From: Octopus sinensis
Lineage: Eukaryota
Reading direction: 5' to 3'
Assembly (NCBI RefSeq): GCF_006345805.1
Contig: NC_042997.1
Location: 56,048,001-56,112,000 of the forward strand
DNA: 64,000 nt
Positions 49,906 to 64,000 of the stretch are shown in pieces; position 1 is the stretch's first letter; each line of letters begins with the position of its first letter. A model generated the notes under the pieces. That model worked only from the letters and a program-made list of their open reading frames with translations, made no database searches and was not told the DNA's origin. The position numbers were made by a program, and so were the translations under genes.

Positions 49906-51133
49906 TATACACACACACATTTCTGTTTTGTGTCAGTGGATACAACAGAAATTGATAAATCTCTTGTATGGTTCTAATGGTGTAGTAAGGAGAAATGATA
50001 AATGTATTATTATTACTATTAGTACTGAAATTTGATCTCAGAATATAAAGTTGGAAGAAATGCTACGATTCTTTCTGAAATGTTCCCAAACCAGGAAAAA
50101 TGCTTAGCAGCCTTTCATCCTTCTGGGGTCCAGAAAGAAAGTACCAGTTGAGCACTGTAATCAATGTATTTGACATACTCCTTCCCCAGAACTTGTTGGC
50201 CTTGTGCCAAAATTTGAGACCATTATCATTATTTTTATAGTAGTCTTTCACTGCACTACTGAGCACAGTTCCTTGTGCCTTGGGTATGTGCTGTGCTTTG
50301 TTTTAATGTTGTTATTTTCGTTGTATTGAAAATGCTTTATGTAGGATGTGCGTGGTACCTAGTAGGGCCATTCTATGTATATTATATACGTTCATAAGAC
50401 CTGGTGTTTTGGTCATGCATTTGTCTGTATGCTTTTTAATCATCCTTAATGCACCTACTATCATAGGGATTGTTTCTGCTTTTAGGCTCTACATTTAGGT
50501 TATCTCTATTTACAGATCTTTGAACTTTGAGTTTCTCCATTTCTTTTACAGATATATTATCATCTGTTGGGATTGATATATCAATTAGAAGACATTTTTT
50601 TCTTGATGGTCTCTCACAATGATATCTGGTCTATTAAGCCTAAGGCAACAAACTCGTAGAATCTTTAGCATGTCAGACAAAATAGTTTGTAGCATTTCTT
50701 CTAGCTATTTATTTTCCAAGTTCAAATCTTACCAATGTCAATTTTGCCTGTTAATTTTTAGAGATCAATAAAGTAAAGTGTAAGTTAAGTACTGGGATCA
50801 GTTGAAACACAGGTTCAAGTTCAGCTAATGTCAACTTTGCTTTTGTCCTTTCAAGGTTGATAGAATAAATACCAATTGAGCACTGTGGTCAATATAATTG
50901 ACTAAACTCTTCCCCTTGAAATAATACTGACCCTTGAAATTTAAAACCATTATTATTAGGTATCTGGACCATAATACAGGAATTTAAGCTTGGCTATCTA
51001 GAGAACCATGTGCATGCCAATAATGCCTTTCTCATAATTGAATTTGTTGAAGAATTAAAGAAATTCCAAACATGGAGTTTGGCTAGCTGAATCAAAAAGA
51101 GTAAAAAATTTCAAATTTTAGGTGAAAAATATA

Positions 51134-51515
51134 TTCTTTTATTTGTTTCAGTCATTTGACTGTGGCCATGCTGGAGTACTGCCTTTAGTTGAACAAATCG
51201 ACCCCAGGACTTATTCTTTGTAAGCCTAGTACTTATTCTATCAGTTCCTTTTTCGCCAAACTGCTAAGTTATGGGAACATAAACACACCAACATTGATTG
51301 TCAAGCGATGGTGGGGGGACAAACACAGACACACACACACACACATATATATATATACGGGCTTCTTTTCAGTTTCCATTTACTAAATCCACTCACAAGG
51401 CTTTGTTCAGCCCAAGGCTATAGTAGAAGACACTTGCCCAAGGTGCCATGCAGTGGGACTGACCCCAGAGCCATGCAGTTGGTAAGCAAGCTACTTACCA
51501 CACAGCCACTTCTGT
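51134..51515 (-). mobile_element. Full-length SINE family A
   Basis: Matches the 27295 and 59213 copies. Confidence 0.9.
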
Positions 51516-52024
51516 ATCTGTATAAATATTTAGAAATAGCTTGATCAAAATGAAACGTGCAAAAGAAAAAACAAGATACATTACATTAAAATAATTTTCT
51601 GTGTGTGATGTATGTGTGTGTGTGTGTGTGTGTAGCCTTTCTCTTGTTATGGGTCCATATTTCTAACAGAAATTTGTATATAAAATTATGAATTACATAA
51701 ACACACCATGCCTTCATCAGCAGTTGAGAGAGAGAATGTTATAGGTGTTAGTACATACCAACATTTACCACAATATTTTATAACCTTTATAACCTTTAGA
51801 ATCTAACAAGACTAGCTGAAAATTTGAGAGAACTCAACTACTGTCTCTTAACCCTATGTGTCCAGAATCAAACATTAGTAATCGAATACAGATGGATGCT
51901 ATGCAAATATTAATGATTTTATTGATATAAAAGAGATATTTCTTCATATACGATTTTTAGCTTTCCTTTTAGTATAGTTCCTATAGCAGGATGCCCTTTC
52001 TGATGCCAACCACATTACAGAGTG

Positions 52025-53030
52025 CAATACATACATTTTATTATGATATGGTGAATGACAGTACTTCCAAGTTCAGTTCCTGCAACTTGAGTAGCATTCT
52101 TTGTGCAATGTGAGGTTGAGCATTGTCTTGCAAAAAAATTGACCTGTCTCTATTAACCAGTTTTGGTTGTTTAATTGCAAATTCACTCATCATTTTATCT
52201 AATTGGTTGATGTATAGATCTGCTGTAATTGACTTACCAGGTTTCATGAAGCTGTAGTGGATAACACCAGCACTGGATAACCAAACAAACACCATTAACT
52301 TTTTTTGGTGAATATTCTTCTTTGGATTATGTTTTGGCACATTGTCTGTATCCAACCACCATGCAGAACACTTGCTATTATTGAAAAGAATTCATTTTCC
52401 ATCACATGTAGCAATACAATGCAAAAATGGTTTGCTTTTATGCTATGACAGGAATGAACAGCAAGTTTCAAGATGACATGACATTTGATGCACCTTCAGG
52501 TCGCGTGGTGCCCACTTGTCCAGTTTCTTTATCTTGCCTATTTGCTTCAGATGGTCCAATACAGTTGGAATTGAAACATAAAACCTTGCTGCTAACTCAT
52601 GTGTAGTTGAGATGTATCTGCTTCCAGTACAGTTTTCAGCTTTTCATTATCCACCTTGGTCTACCACGGGGCTGATTTTCAAGAATAAAGTCACTAAACT
52701 GGAACTTCTCAAACCACCAATGTATAGTGCGCTCATTTGCCACATCTTCACCAAACACCTCATTGATGTTTTAAGCTGTCTGTAATGCATTGGTTCCACA
52801 ACAGTACTCATATTCATAAACAACACAAATTTTTTATCTATCCATGGGTTCACAAAAATTAATTTACAAGAGAAAACTCACAATATAATCAGACTCCATG
52901 AATTGCATTTTGAAAAGTGATAATGTAACTCTTCAATGTTGTAAAACAAGGAATTGTCAGGATAAAACATTAGAGTTAACAACTGCATAAGAAAATCAGA
53001 CATTTCGTTCTAAATGACCTGATATGTATA
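52025..53030 (-). pseudogene. mariner (DD34D-type) transposase fossil, 3' truncated
   Basis: tatcaggtc terminus; ORFs with IHQKKLMVFVW..AGVIHYSFMKPGKSITA..Y..QL and LQDNAQPH motifs. Confidence 0.85.
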
Positions 53031-53232
53031 CACTTTTATTAATGCTGCAAAATCTTCACAAAACTCTTCTCAGAGTTTCATGTTTCCATTCGTCACAACT
53101 GTCCAATGAACGGGAATGTGAAACTGAGTAACAGCTTTGTGAACATTTTGCAACTTTAATAAAAGCATATTACTTTACCTTAGATATTCAAGTACTATTT
53201 TTTCCATCTAGTTTTGCATTTATGTGCTTACT
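53030..53232. mobile_element. Hammerhead foldback family 2 element
   Basis: Inverted arms 53032-53097 / 53098-53165 with almost no spacer, plus tail to gtgcttact followed by (TG)(TA)n. Confidence 0.85.
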
Positions 53233-53274
<42 letters not shown>

Positions 53275-54901
53275 TGAGAGAGAGAGAGAAATAGGTGCAG
53301 CCATGGTGGTATTGTTAAGAACTTCACTTCACATCCATGTGGTCTCATTTAACCCCAAAGGGAAGTGTATTGAGTGTTTTCTGCTATAGACCTGGGTTGA
53401 CAAATTACTTCATGAATGAATTTGATAAGCTTCTCTATGTATGTATGTGTGTATGTGTACGAGTGCATGTTTGTGTGTGTGTTGCTATTCTATGCTTGTT
53501 ACTGTTTGAGTGAAATGATGGTGATTTTACATTACATGTTGATGTGACTGGTCACACTGTGCTATCAAAGATCTCTGGAATAAAAAAAAAAGATTTCCTT
53601 ACTTCAAAAACAGGCAAGAGTTGGAAACAAGAAGTGTATCTGACTGTAAAACCCTGCCGCAAATAAAGTCCTTGTCCAGGCTATGATATCATGGAAAAAT
53701 GAACATTAAATGAGCAAATGAAAAAATATATGAAAGTTTAAACTATGGGGTATCTGTTATTGTACATATATTATATTACATATTTGCCTATTTGATATTT
53801 TTGTACTAATGAAGACATTATGTTCACACATACATATTCATATCTATATAAATAGAGAGAGAGGGCGGGGGAATAAATAATATTTTTAGCATACAGTAAC
53901 TTTCGTACAGTGCAAAGACTGAGGTTTGCAAATATGTGTCTAAGAGAAAAGGCTTATATATATGTAATGTAACTATTTATCATATAATGATTTTGGCTGG
54001 AATACTTTTTTTAAGATACCTTAGATATTTTGTCTTTGGCAACTCATCTCCAACAGAACTGATTTAAAGAAGAAAAAATATTTTTATTGGTTTAGATATC
54101 TCCATAATAATCATAGATTTTTTTTTCCATAGCAGAAACGAAAACTGGTTTACTGAATACATCTGACACATTGAGATATTTGAGTCAATAAAGATAGAAA
54201 TAAAATACAGAGATGCTTGAATATTCATGAATAAACAGATGTATCAATTGCTAGAATTGTATACTGATTGTTGGGAGTATGTAGTTGTAAAAATTTATGA
54301 AATCTTTGAATTCCCTTTGCTGCCAAAGCAGCAGTTTAGCTCATCATCAGAGCAATTTTGCTATCTGCAATGACTCAGCTATGGCAAATTGGACTAGAAA
54401 ATGCACCAGTGCTTCTATATAAACCAGATCTTCTACTTTTGAATTCATAAGTTGTCAGAGTGAAATGTCATTAAGAAATATGTAAAAATCTGATTAATCT
54501 ACTGCAGAAAACCTGTTACCATCATCTATATTCTACTGGAAACCAGATTCTTACAATAAATCTCTTGTGGCAGTGCTGGATTGTGATTTCACATGGGGGC
54601 GTTAATACAGGCTGCTATTGCATATGAATTGAGAACAAAATGCCAGCAGTAAAATAACAATGTAAACTGTTTGCTCACTTGTGCTAAACTGTGTTAAAAT
54701 CTTACAGTTTTACTCTCCTGCTGCTGCTTTGTTTTACATAGAATTTAATAATACTTTAAAAGATAAGATTTACATTTTTGATAAACATTTCTTTTGAATA
54801 TTCTGTGAAAATTACACATTATCACTTGCATCATTCAATATTGTTATCAAAATAGTAGAGCCCATGGAAGCACAAAATGTATAGATAAATTCTGGATTTA
54901 A

Positions 54902-55121
54902 CCCTTTTGTTACCAACCCAGCTGAAACTGGTTCAGGCTCTGAGTACAAATGTCTTGTTTTCACAAGTTTTGAATTAAAATCTTCCACCAAACCTTAGTC
55001 ACAATTTATGTTCCTAACACTAGCTGAATGATAACTAAGTTACTTTACTAAATTCTTTGTTATGTTTAAAGTAATTGAAAGAAACACAGAGCATCTTAAA
55101 ATAAATACAGTAACGAAAGGG
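54902..55121. mobile_element. piggyBac-type MITE family 1, inverted relative to 19221
   Basis: TTAA|CCCTTTTgttacc ... gtaacgAAAGGG|TTAA. Confidence 0.9.
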
Positions 55122-58079
55122 TTAAAGTATATGTAAAACAGGCAGCGATTTGAAACTTGCTAACAAAATATGTTTCAAGAATTCTGGAAAAAGGGGATAA
55201 ATTACATTTTTCATTAACAGCTTTGCCTTTTCTGATAATGGCTGTATTCTATGTCACTTCTGTTTAAGCAACTAAGGGATTATAAATATGTACTCAGTAT
55301 TTTCACTTAATATCTTTGGACATATAATATTGTATGTACATTGAAAACATTCTACTGTAGAAAGAAATAAGCTACACATAATCTCCTGGTTGTGTTAAGT
55401 CCAAATAAGAGAACAAATATGATGGTCTGGCAATTTAAGGCTTCAGTTATCCCCGAATATATGGAAATGGATATGCGAATGCTTAAGCCAATGGGTGCCA
55501 GCATAAAAAGTTGGACATGGTGGTGATAGCGGTGGTCAAAGGAAAGTAAAGCTAAGAAATACCTAAAAAGGAAATATTTAGAATTGGGTCAAAATATCGA
55601 GATGAACTAAAAGGAATAGAACATAACAAACTTCAACCAGGTACAATAATTCGTCGTCATCATCATCATATGAAAGTGATAGAACTTTTTTCATGTAGGT
55701 GATGTACATTTTCACTATATGCTTTTATTTTAAAGATCATATATCCCATACCTATTCTACTTAATACAACAGAGTTGATATGATGTGATGTGATATGTAC
55801 AGAGCTAAAACAGATACTTAACGGTTTCCAGTTTAGTACTTTCATTGTCAGTTTATAAATATCAAATTAATCCTTTATTATCTTTAAAGCTTTATAAAAT
55901 AATATTTTTCATAAACCTACAATGGCTGCAGATCATTTAAATTAGTTTCTCTATCCTACTAAACATCAACTCTTATGACAAATGACTGAGGATAGGCATT
56001 TTTCTCTTCAACCAAGCCCTTCTTAACGTCTTGAAAAAATTACTACTCTCCAATCAATATTCTGAAAGGTGGGTGAGAGTAGCAAGATTGACCTTCATGT
56101 ATAGGCCTTTTCTAATATACACCTGTAGATTAGAGAATACTGCTGGGAGAAGGATCCTACTCTTTGTCCTCTGGGTAATCCTAGATCAGTGGATTCTTTG
56201 ATAGGCCCCTATCAGGATTTCTCACTTCATTCCTTTTCTATATTGGTGTTTTCTATGCCTATGACATACACGTGTATGTACTTACATATGTACATATGCA
56301 TACATGTGTGTGTGTGTGTGTGTATATATACATATATATACATAATTGATTCTGTAAAACTCTCCCGACATTTCCGTAATTTGCCCTTGTCAATGTCCTC
56401 ATGTCTGCTACTTTTGTAGCAAATAAAAATTTATTAATAGTAATGGCAATGATGAATAAGCATTTTACTAAATATGAAACATTATTGAAGTTCACTATTT
56501 ATTTTCTGACTTAAAATTTCAAGGAGGTCAAATTTGTCTTCCATCAGTTCAATAAATCATAATTACCTTCCATACCAAATTTAATTTTACATTAAACAGA
56601 AAAAAAAAAAATTATTGCATTTAGATTTCACTTTATGAATTGGTTGTATTCATAAATTGACTATGAGAGCATAGGCTAAGTGAATTTATAACTGGAATGT
56701 TATAGAATATGTATGTAAGAAATAAGTAGAGAAAATTTGATGGAGCAGATCTTAACAATGCTCTATAGATGATGTAGGTAGTGCTGATTGTGCCAGAATA
56801 TATGTATGTACACCTATCAATTTTTTTTCTTCTTTTTCACATGAAATTCTGATATAATATATGCTGTCTGAAACTTATGAGTAAACAAAGTCAGCCTATG
56901 TGAAAAATCCAAAATTTCTTTCTGCTCCCTCCAAAAAGTTTTTTCATAACAAATTCTAATATAACCAGAGTCTACATCATCTGATAAGTATTTGTAGGAA
57001 ATTTCATTGAAAAATACCTGTTTTTCTGAATGATATCAAAAAACAAAATCAAGGTGAGTATGCACTTGTGTAGGTATGCCTTAGGCCATTTTTGTTTTGT
57101 AGCTTAAGGTTATTAGATATTTTTTTTTTTAACATGAGGCTCAGGATTAATTTATCCAAGTGTCACTGGGTTTCTTGTAATTTATCTGCTACCAACTAAA
57201 CAATTGTTTCTTTGAAGTAGTTACAGAATCTGTGTTCAGGGCTTGAAAGCAGCAATGATACTGAGTGTAAAAATAAAATTCAATTGTTTGAGCTTCAAGG
57301 AAGAAGAGACATGAAAGACAAGAATTCTCACAAAAATTTGTATAATTGAATAAAAATAAGATCTACTAAGGCATATACCAATGTTTTATTAATTGTTGTA
57401 AGAATGTTTTTCTTTACTATTTTTCTGCTATTTATAAGTATCATGGTAAATGCACAAATAGTACAGAAATTTTTTGATTTTTGTCTGAAACATGATTTAG
57501 TTTAGTGTTTGCTTCTAAAATATATTAACTTTGTTAATTTGTTACTTCCAGGAAAATAAAATGCTTTTATGAAACCTATATGTATATAAGTGACATAAAC
57601 ATCAAGGTGGGTCAGAAAATAATGCAAATAAAAATTGCATTACTTTCTAACTCACCCTTGTATATACATATACATGTGTAGTGCAACTCAGTCACTGATG
57701 TGAACTGTTTTTAGTTAAAGCTATGGCTTTAAATCTGCCCAGGGTTATCTCTCTTTGGTATTTCCCATTGAGATAGACTAAAGAGCTAGGAATGCATGTC
57801 TGGGAATCCAGTATAGGGAAGCACTGGACAGATATGGTTTAGGTTGATCTCAGCGGTCTTGGAGAGACTGCACATACCACAGGTACAGTCTCTTCTTCTA
57901 TGTCAGACTAATAAAAAAAAAAATAATGTTGTATCTTTCCATTTAGCACTTTGAGCCGATGAGGTTGCCTCCACAACAAGCTTGGGCAACGTTTTTTTGA
58001 GAAGCAGGCCACATAAGACATAGCTTGTCATCAGGTTGGCTACATTACTAAAAAAATTCAAGGAAATTTTCCATTAAGT

Positions 58080-58800
58080 TTGTCATTTAGAAAATCCTGT
58101 GACTCCTCTATATGGTAGCTCCAGTTACTAGAAATAGCAGCCAAATCTCCCTCAAATTTGGCTACTATTTCTAGCAGATGGAGCTATCATGTAGGAAAGG
58201 ACATAATTAACTAATATAACCGTACATAGATTTAAAAAGACAGGATAGATGGTTGGTCCTGGTTGAAATGCCTTTGATCATAGATCTGCTCATTCAGAGC
58301 TCACTGGAGCTAAACAGCAACTGATAACACAATTAAAACAGTGTATAGCATAGTGTTGCAATAGTGACTGATCAAAGATGTTGCTAAATGACAAATAGTA
58401 ATTATACTCGTGACTAATTAAGCATAGCTGATTAGTAATACAATGCATCTCTGCTATGGAATGGTGTAAACTCCTGGAAAACCATGTCTGTGTTTGTTTC
58501 TTTGTTCATTTTTTTTGTTGTTGCTGGTTTTTTGTTTTTTTTTGTTTTTTTGGTGGGGGGTTATTTTTCATGCTGGTTAGTTTGATGTCAGTCCTGATTG
58601 AACAAGCCTATGGCCTAAAAAGTTCCAGCCATGACCATCCTTTTTTTTTTTATCTCTCGGACAACATTACTGAGTGCAACTATTTTTAAGACAGTAGGAT
58701 ATGATTTGAGGGAATCCTGCTGCTTTTTCTAGCAGGCTTAATGGCTGCATGTAGGCATACTTTTTTCTTTGGTTGAGATGAGTATCACTCTCACACTCTC
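58080..58800. mobile_element. Two family F copies in inverted orientation
   Basis: + copy 58080-58330 (ctagaaatagcagccaaatctccctcaaa) and - copy 58560-58800 (tttgagggaatcctgctgctttttctagcagg). Confidence 0.65.
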
Positions 58801-59212
58801 TTAGTTCACCATTCTTGCTCTGTATTATCACATGAAAAACCAAAAACCTAGTTTTCAGCAACTAAATTGTATTTAATCTTTTTTTTTTTATGTATAGTAA
58901 TATAGGGTTGACCTTTGAACACTTCAAATTTGGGAATCTGTAGCAGGGGGGGATTGTTGATAGAAACAGTTACTCAGAGAGAGGAATACATGAAACACAA
59001 AATGAGCCACTTAGGGGTCTCCTTTAAGTGACTCCTCAACCTGCTAAAAATAGCAGTTGAATCTACCTCAAATTACATCCTAAAAAGAGAACACATTGTG
59101 TAATGTAGTCCACTAACGGCCATCGCTGAAATGGCTTCAAGCATTTGATCACTGGCATGTTTAACTCCTTTTTTTTTAAACCATATTCCTATTGAAATTT
59201 ATTGTCATTGTC

Positions 59213-59600
59213 TCTTTACTCTTTACTCTTTTACTTGTTTCAGTCATTTGACTGTGGCCCTACTGGAGCACTGCCTTTAGTTGAGCAAATCGACCCCAGG
59301 ACTTATTCTTTGTAAGCCTAGTACTTATTCTATCGGTCTCCTTTGCCGAACTGCTAAGTTACGGGTACGTAAACACACCAGCATCAGTTGTCAAGCGATG
59401 TTGGAGGGACAAACATATACACACATATATATATACGAAGGGATTCTTTCAGTTTCCTTCTACCAAATCCACTCACAAGGCTTTGGTCAACCCAAGGCTA
59501 TAGTAGAAGACACTTGCCCAAGGTGCCATGCAGTGGGACTGAACCTGGAACCATGTGGTTGGCAAACAAGCTACTTACCACACAGCGACTCCTACGCCTA
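59213..59600 (-). mobile_element. Full-length SINE family A, possibly inside a TTAA-flanked element (59160-59761)
   Basis: Intact head and tail; flanks ttaactcc.. and ..ggagggttaa. Confidence 0.9.
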
Positions 59601-60139
59601 TTGTGTGAATTAATTTTGAAAATAAAGAAGAATTTCTGGAAATAACTTTGCCATTGTTAGGAATTTTGATAGAAGGTTTTAATTTAAATCACTTTAAAAA
59701 CAGGAAATTTGTGTAATAGAACTAAAGCCAATCTTTGGCAGGTTTGTATCAGGAGGGTTAAGTAGAACTAATCAGGTGCTAAACAACAGCAACACAGCAA
59801 TCTTGATGACATTCACACCAAGGTATAAATCAGATAGTTCAACCTTTAGGAAGTAGTAGTAGTAGTCATAAGCAATCTTTGACAATAGAGAAATAGAGGT
59901 TTTACATTCAGTTATTTGGCTTTATACTTTCGTATAACACATGTCATCTTTCTATTTTTTACAGAGAGGTTTAGAATAGTTTAAAGATAAAAATGATGAA
60001 GTATTCAGTAAGTTGGTTTAAGACGAATTTTTTTCTTAAATACAAATATAGTCAGTTGTAAATCAACCAAACCACTAACCTGATATTGTAAACGTCCCAA
60101 TCATTTTGGAGGTAATTTATCCGCATAGTAATATTGGTT

Positions 60140-60352
60140 TCAAATTTTGGCACCAGGCCAGCAATTTTAGGGAAGGGTTAAGTCAATTACATCTACTCCA
60201 GTGTTCAACTGGCACTTATTTTATTGACCCCCCAAAAAAATGAAAAGCAAAGTCAACTTCGGCATGATTTGAACTCAGAATGTAAAGATGGACAAAATGC
60301 TGCTAAGCATTTGGCCTGCATTGCTAACAATTCTGCCAACTCGCCACCTTAA
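60140..60352 (-). mobile_element. SINE family B
   Basis: ttggcaccaggccagcaa...ctaacaattctgccaactcgccacctt. Confidence 0.8.
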
Positions 60353-60769
60353 TCTATAAGGTAATATTGATTATTAGGACCCATAGCTAAATTTTTAGAT
60401 GTATTATGTATGTACAGTTACAAGGCATACTTTTACTGTTTCTTATAACATTCTTTCTTTCTCTCTTGCTCTCTCTCTATTTACATTAACTCTTCACTAC
60501 CTGCTTTTGCTGTGAATACATCTCCCCCTTCTCTCTCTCCCTCTTATTCTCTGATGTGTGTGTGAGTATGTGTGTGCTATAATTTTAATCAAAGGATTAA
60601 GAAGACCATTATGCAAGTAATCAGTATGTATTAAATTGGAATTTATGCATCATTTTATGTCTTTTTTTTCCATACTAGTATGAGTTGGACTTAACCAAAC
60701 ATATGCATGCACACACACACACACACAGATGCATATAAAGTATGTGTGTTTCTGTATATGTGTGTGGTT

Positions 60770-60931
60770 ATGTGTATGTTTAAATATATATATATATATA
60801 ATATATATATATATATTATATATATATATATAGCTAGGTAGGTAGATAGACAGATAGATTTGTGTGCTTGTTTATGCATATATATATATATATATATGTA
60901 TGTATATATATATATATATATAATATATATA

Positions 60932-60965
<34 letters not shown>

Positions 60966-61025
60966 TTAGCTAGGTAGGTAGATAGGCACATAGATATGTG
61001 TGCTTGTATATGCATATATATATAT
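60770..61025. repeat. Tandem duplication of a unit of about 130 bp: (TA)n plus tagctaggtaggtagatag...gtgtgcttgt
   Basis: The unique segment occurs at about 60832 and again at about 60967. Confidence 0.85.
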
Positions 61026-61923
61026 GTGTGTGTTTATATGTATATATATGAATGTGTCTATATACACATGCACACACACAAGCTGTCAAGATAGATTTTC
61101 TCATGGAATTTTAGTTTTGGATTCTCGTGTGCAACTAACACCTTCACAATTACTGTTTTATGAGTATCTTTTTCCAGTTTTGGTTTTTGTCTATTTTATT
61201 ATTTTATTATTATCATCATTATTATTGTTGTTGTTGTTGTTATTATTGTATTCTAATCATTATATGTATTCTCAATGCCATAAATAGTCTATGACTACAA
61301 TGCCATATATTCATAATGTCCCAATGCATTGCCCACATTTTAGTGTATTACATTAGGTTCTGCGTGCTAATTAAAATTCGTGCTGAGAGGCATATAGGTG
61401 CATTGGGATTTTGTTATGCCCATAAGACTTGCTTAAAACTGAGCTATTCGTGCAGTAAAAATTTGGAAATTTCTATCATTCCCTGTGGTCCCTTCTCCCT
61501 AATTTGATTTTGTCTTTGATCGCTAAAAGTTTAATGAGATTCTCCATAAAAAGTGAATCCACAATCTTGAGAACTTGTACACTCCCCTAGCAATGACTAG
61601 GAAGAGATAATTTTCTCACTTTCAGCATGTTCTTGAAAAAATTTTTTTTTACATTCATTTTACATTTACTTTGAGTTTTCCATGCTTCTTTTATTGTAAT
61701 TGTTGCTGCTGCTTGTCTTTTTCCCCATGTAGATGTTATTTTCTCTTCTACTTCTTTTAGTAGTAGTTGTTATCTAAAATGGATAGGAGAAACTAGACTG
61801 CATACTATTACCTTAAAGCAGCTTGAAATAATAAATCACTTGCATATCTACAAACACAACTGTTATTTACATGAGATTGTTGTCATAAAATTGGTGTTAA
61901 TATTGTGTTCTTACATTCTTGGG

Positions 61924-62257
61924 TAGTGGTTCTGAAGCAGTGCAGAATGGCACACTGGTGCACCACAAGGGGTGCCTTGTCATGCTGTAGATTTTTTTCT
62001 TTTTTTTTTTTTGCAAATATAATTTAAAGCTTTAGAAAATTCATACCAATGCCTAAGTGTCTTGAAAAATATGTTATATACAAGTTTGATTAATGATTAT
62101 ACACAAGTATGATAAATAAAACCAAAGAAAGCAAAACTTTTCAATATTTTCCCTAAATTTTAAATGTTAAAATATAGGATTGTTTTAAATTCTTTATACA
62201 TGGTGCAACCATAATTTTTTATTTGATTTCCACTGCCTCACAAGGTCAAAAAGATTA
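61924..62257. mobile_element. hAT (Charlie/Buster-type) MITE
   Basis: Ends tagtggttctgaa / ttataaacaactg; candidate 8-bp target duplication ttcttggg / ttctaggc. Confidence 0.5.
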
Positions 62258-63228
62258 TAAACAACTGTTCTAGGCCAATGCTTTTTGTATTTCATATCTC
62301 TCTCTCTCTATATATATATATATGATTTCAACAAATGGCTCTTCCTTTGGTCATTAGTTAGTTATGTCCCAAGACAATCATTTAGAAGCATTTGTGATTT
62401 TATGAGATATTTCTATAATTCTGATGGTCACATCTTCCTTTCTTACTTGTTTCTATAAATGATTTACTTTCCATCTAGATTTAAGAGATTTCATCATACT
62501 TCTTGAACCAACAAATAATTGTACATGTATTTTTATGTGTATATGATTACATACTTACTTATGTATGCACGCTCATTTGTCATAAGTTGATAAAATAAAT
62601 ACCTATAAGAATGTTTCTTTGTCAGACTATAGTTTTCCTTATTTCATTTGGTATTCTCTCCAATTATATTTCTGAGTTAGACCAGACACTGAATTGAACA
62701 TGTTATTTTACCAACCTGGTCTCCAGTTTAGCAATGTGATTACAAAAGTTACTTTTACTTGTACTAAGACATATATGGAAATTATCACAACAGCCAAGAT
62801 TTACTTTCCATATGGACAAATTGTCAGAAAATCCAAAACAAAAATTACCAGCCCCACCTCTGCACACACTACCAACACATCTCCACCCCCATCTTTTTCT
62901 CTCTTTCTTTCCTTCCTTTTCTAACTGGAGTATGTTTATCTTACAAATTATTTGGTTAGTTATTTGGCAGTGTTGGTGCCTTGAAAAAAGCATCCAATGC
63001 ACTCTGTAAACTGGTTGGCTTCAGGAAGGGTATCTAACTGTAGAAACTATGCCAAAGCAGACAATAGAATTTGACACATTCCTCTGGATTGCCAGCCTCC
63101 TGTCAAACCCTACGCCCATGCTGGCATATGAAAAAACAGTTAAATTATTATATTCTTTTATTCTTTTATTTGTTTCTGTCATTCGATTGTGGCCATGCTG
63201 GAGTACTGCCTTTAGAGCACACACACAC

Positions 63229-63262
<34 letters not shown>

Positions 63263-63658
63263 ATGCAATTTAAAGTTTAAAATATCAACTCAAAGATTCT
63301 ACATAACTCAACATTATTTATATGAGTTACTTATTTACTTTGTATTGTGAAAGATCTGAGTTAGTTAAGAATTCAATTCTGTAAAAGGTTAAATCAAAAT
63401 ATTGATGTTTTTTTAAAAACTTGTCCTCAGATCAATGTACAGAGAGACTACAGATAAATAAATTACTGTGTATTACAGGTATCTTGCCAACATGGAAATC
63501 AGATGTAAAATGATGATTGTCATTATTTTTATGAGATGAATTTATAACAATGTTTTTGTCCTCCACAACTAAACTGCAACAGTATAGGCTCATATATATA
63601 TAAAAAAAAGATCATCCATGATATACTGGGATTAATTTCTCTGTATTCTCTCCTAATA

Positions 63659-63724
<66 letters not shown>

Positions 63725-63727
<3 letters not shown>

Positions 63728-64000
63728 ATAGCGCCACCATGACTGGCTTCTGTGCCGGTGGCACGTAATACGCACCAACCGATCATGGCCACTGCCAACC
63801 TCCCCTGGCACCTGTGCCGGTGGCACGTAAAACGCACCCACTACACTCACGGAGTGGTTGGCATTAGGAAGGGCATCCAGCTGTAGAAACACTGCCAGAT
63901 CAGACTGGAGCCTGGTGCAGCCTCCTGGCTTCCCAGGCCCCAGTCAAACCATCCAACCCGTGCTAGCAAGGAAAATGGACGTTAAACGATGATGATATAT
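63725..64000 (+). mobile_element. Retroposon family C, low divergence
   Basis: gccggtggcacgtaa units and the gctagcaaggaaaatggacgttaaacgatgatga end. Confidence 0.9.

Noticed and set aside
54555-54753. Two minus-strand mini-exon candidates (QPVLTPPCEITIQHCHKRFI; IIKFYVKQSSSRRVK)
   Set aside because: Phases are incompatible with each other and the surrounding sequence looks like LINE debris.
56998-57053. Segment with tttgtag acceptor and AAG|gtgagt donor, followed by an ORF at 57222
   Set aside because: Stops in all three frames; at most a non-coding or terminal exon, which I cannot support further.

Overview
AT-rich, microsatellite-dense eukaryotic DNA. The SINE families and repeat density suggest an Octopus (coleoid cephalopod) genome; this is inferred, not searched. 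Most of the window is intronic or intergenic repeat debris: several tRNA-type SINE families, RTE LINE remnants, Penelope-like (PLE) remnants, Tc1/mariner fossils (two maT/DD37D-type, one DD34D mariner-type), TTAA-flanked piggyBac-type MITEs and a hAT MITE. Nearly all ORFs in the supplied track are microsatellite or repeat artefacts. I could not identify a host gene; only isolated low-confidence exon candidates occur, on both strands. The most notable signals are: (1) two related families of ORF-less foldback elements whose arms carry outward-facing minimal type I hammerhead ribozyme motifs and whose complete end abuts a microsatellite, probably non-autonomous PLE derivatives; (2) a 132-nt ungapped hairpin whose arm differences are almost all G:U-compatible on the + strand; (3) a 28S rRNA-like fragment inside a piggyBac-type MITE. 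Repeat boundaries are read by eye (about +/-10-20 nt); hairpin, ribozyme and exon coordinates were counted directly.
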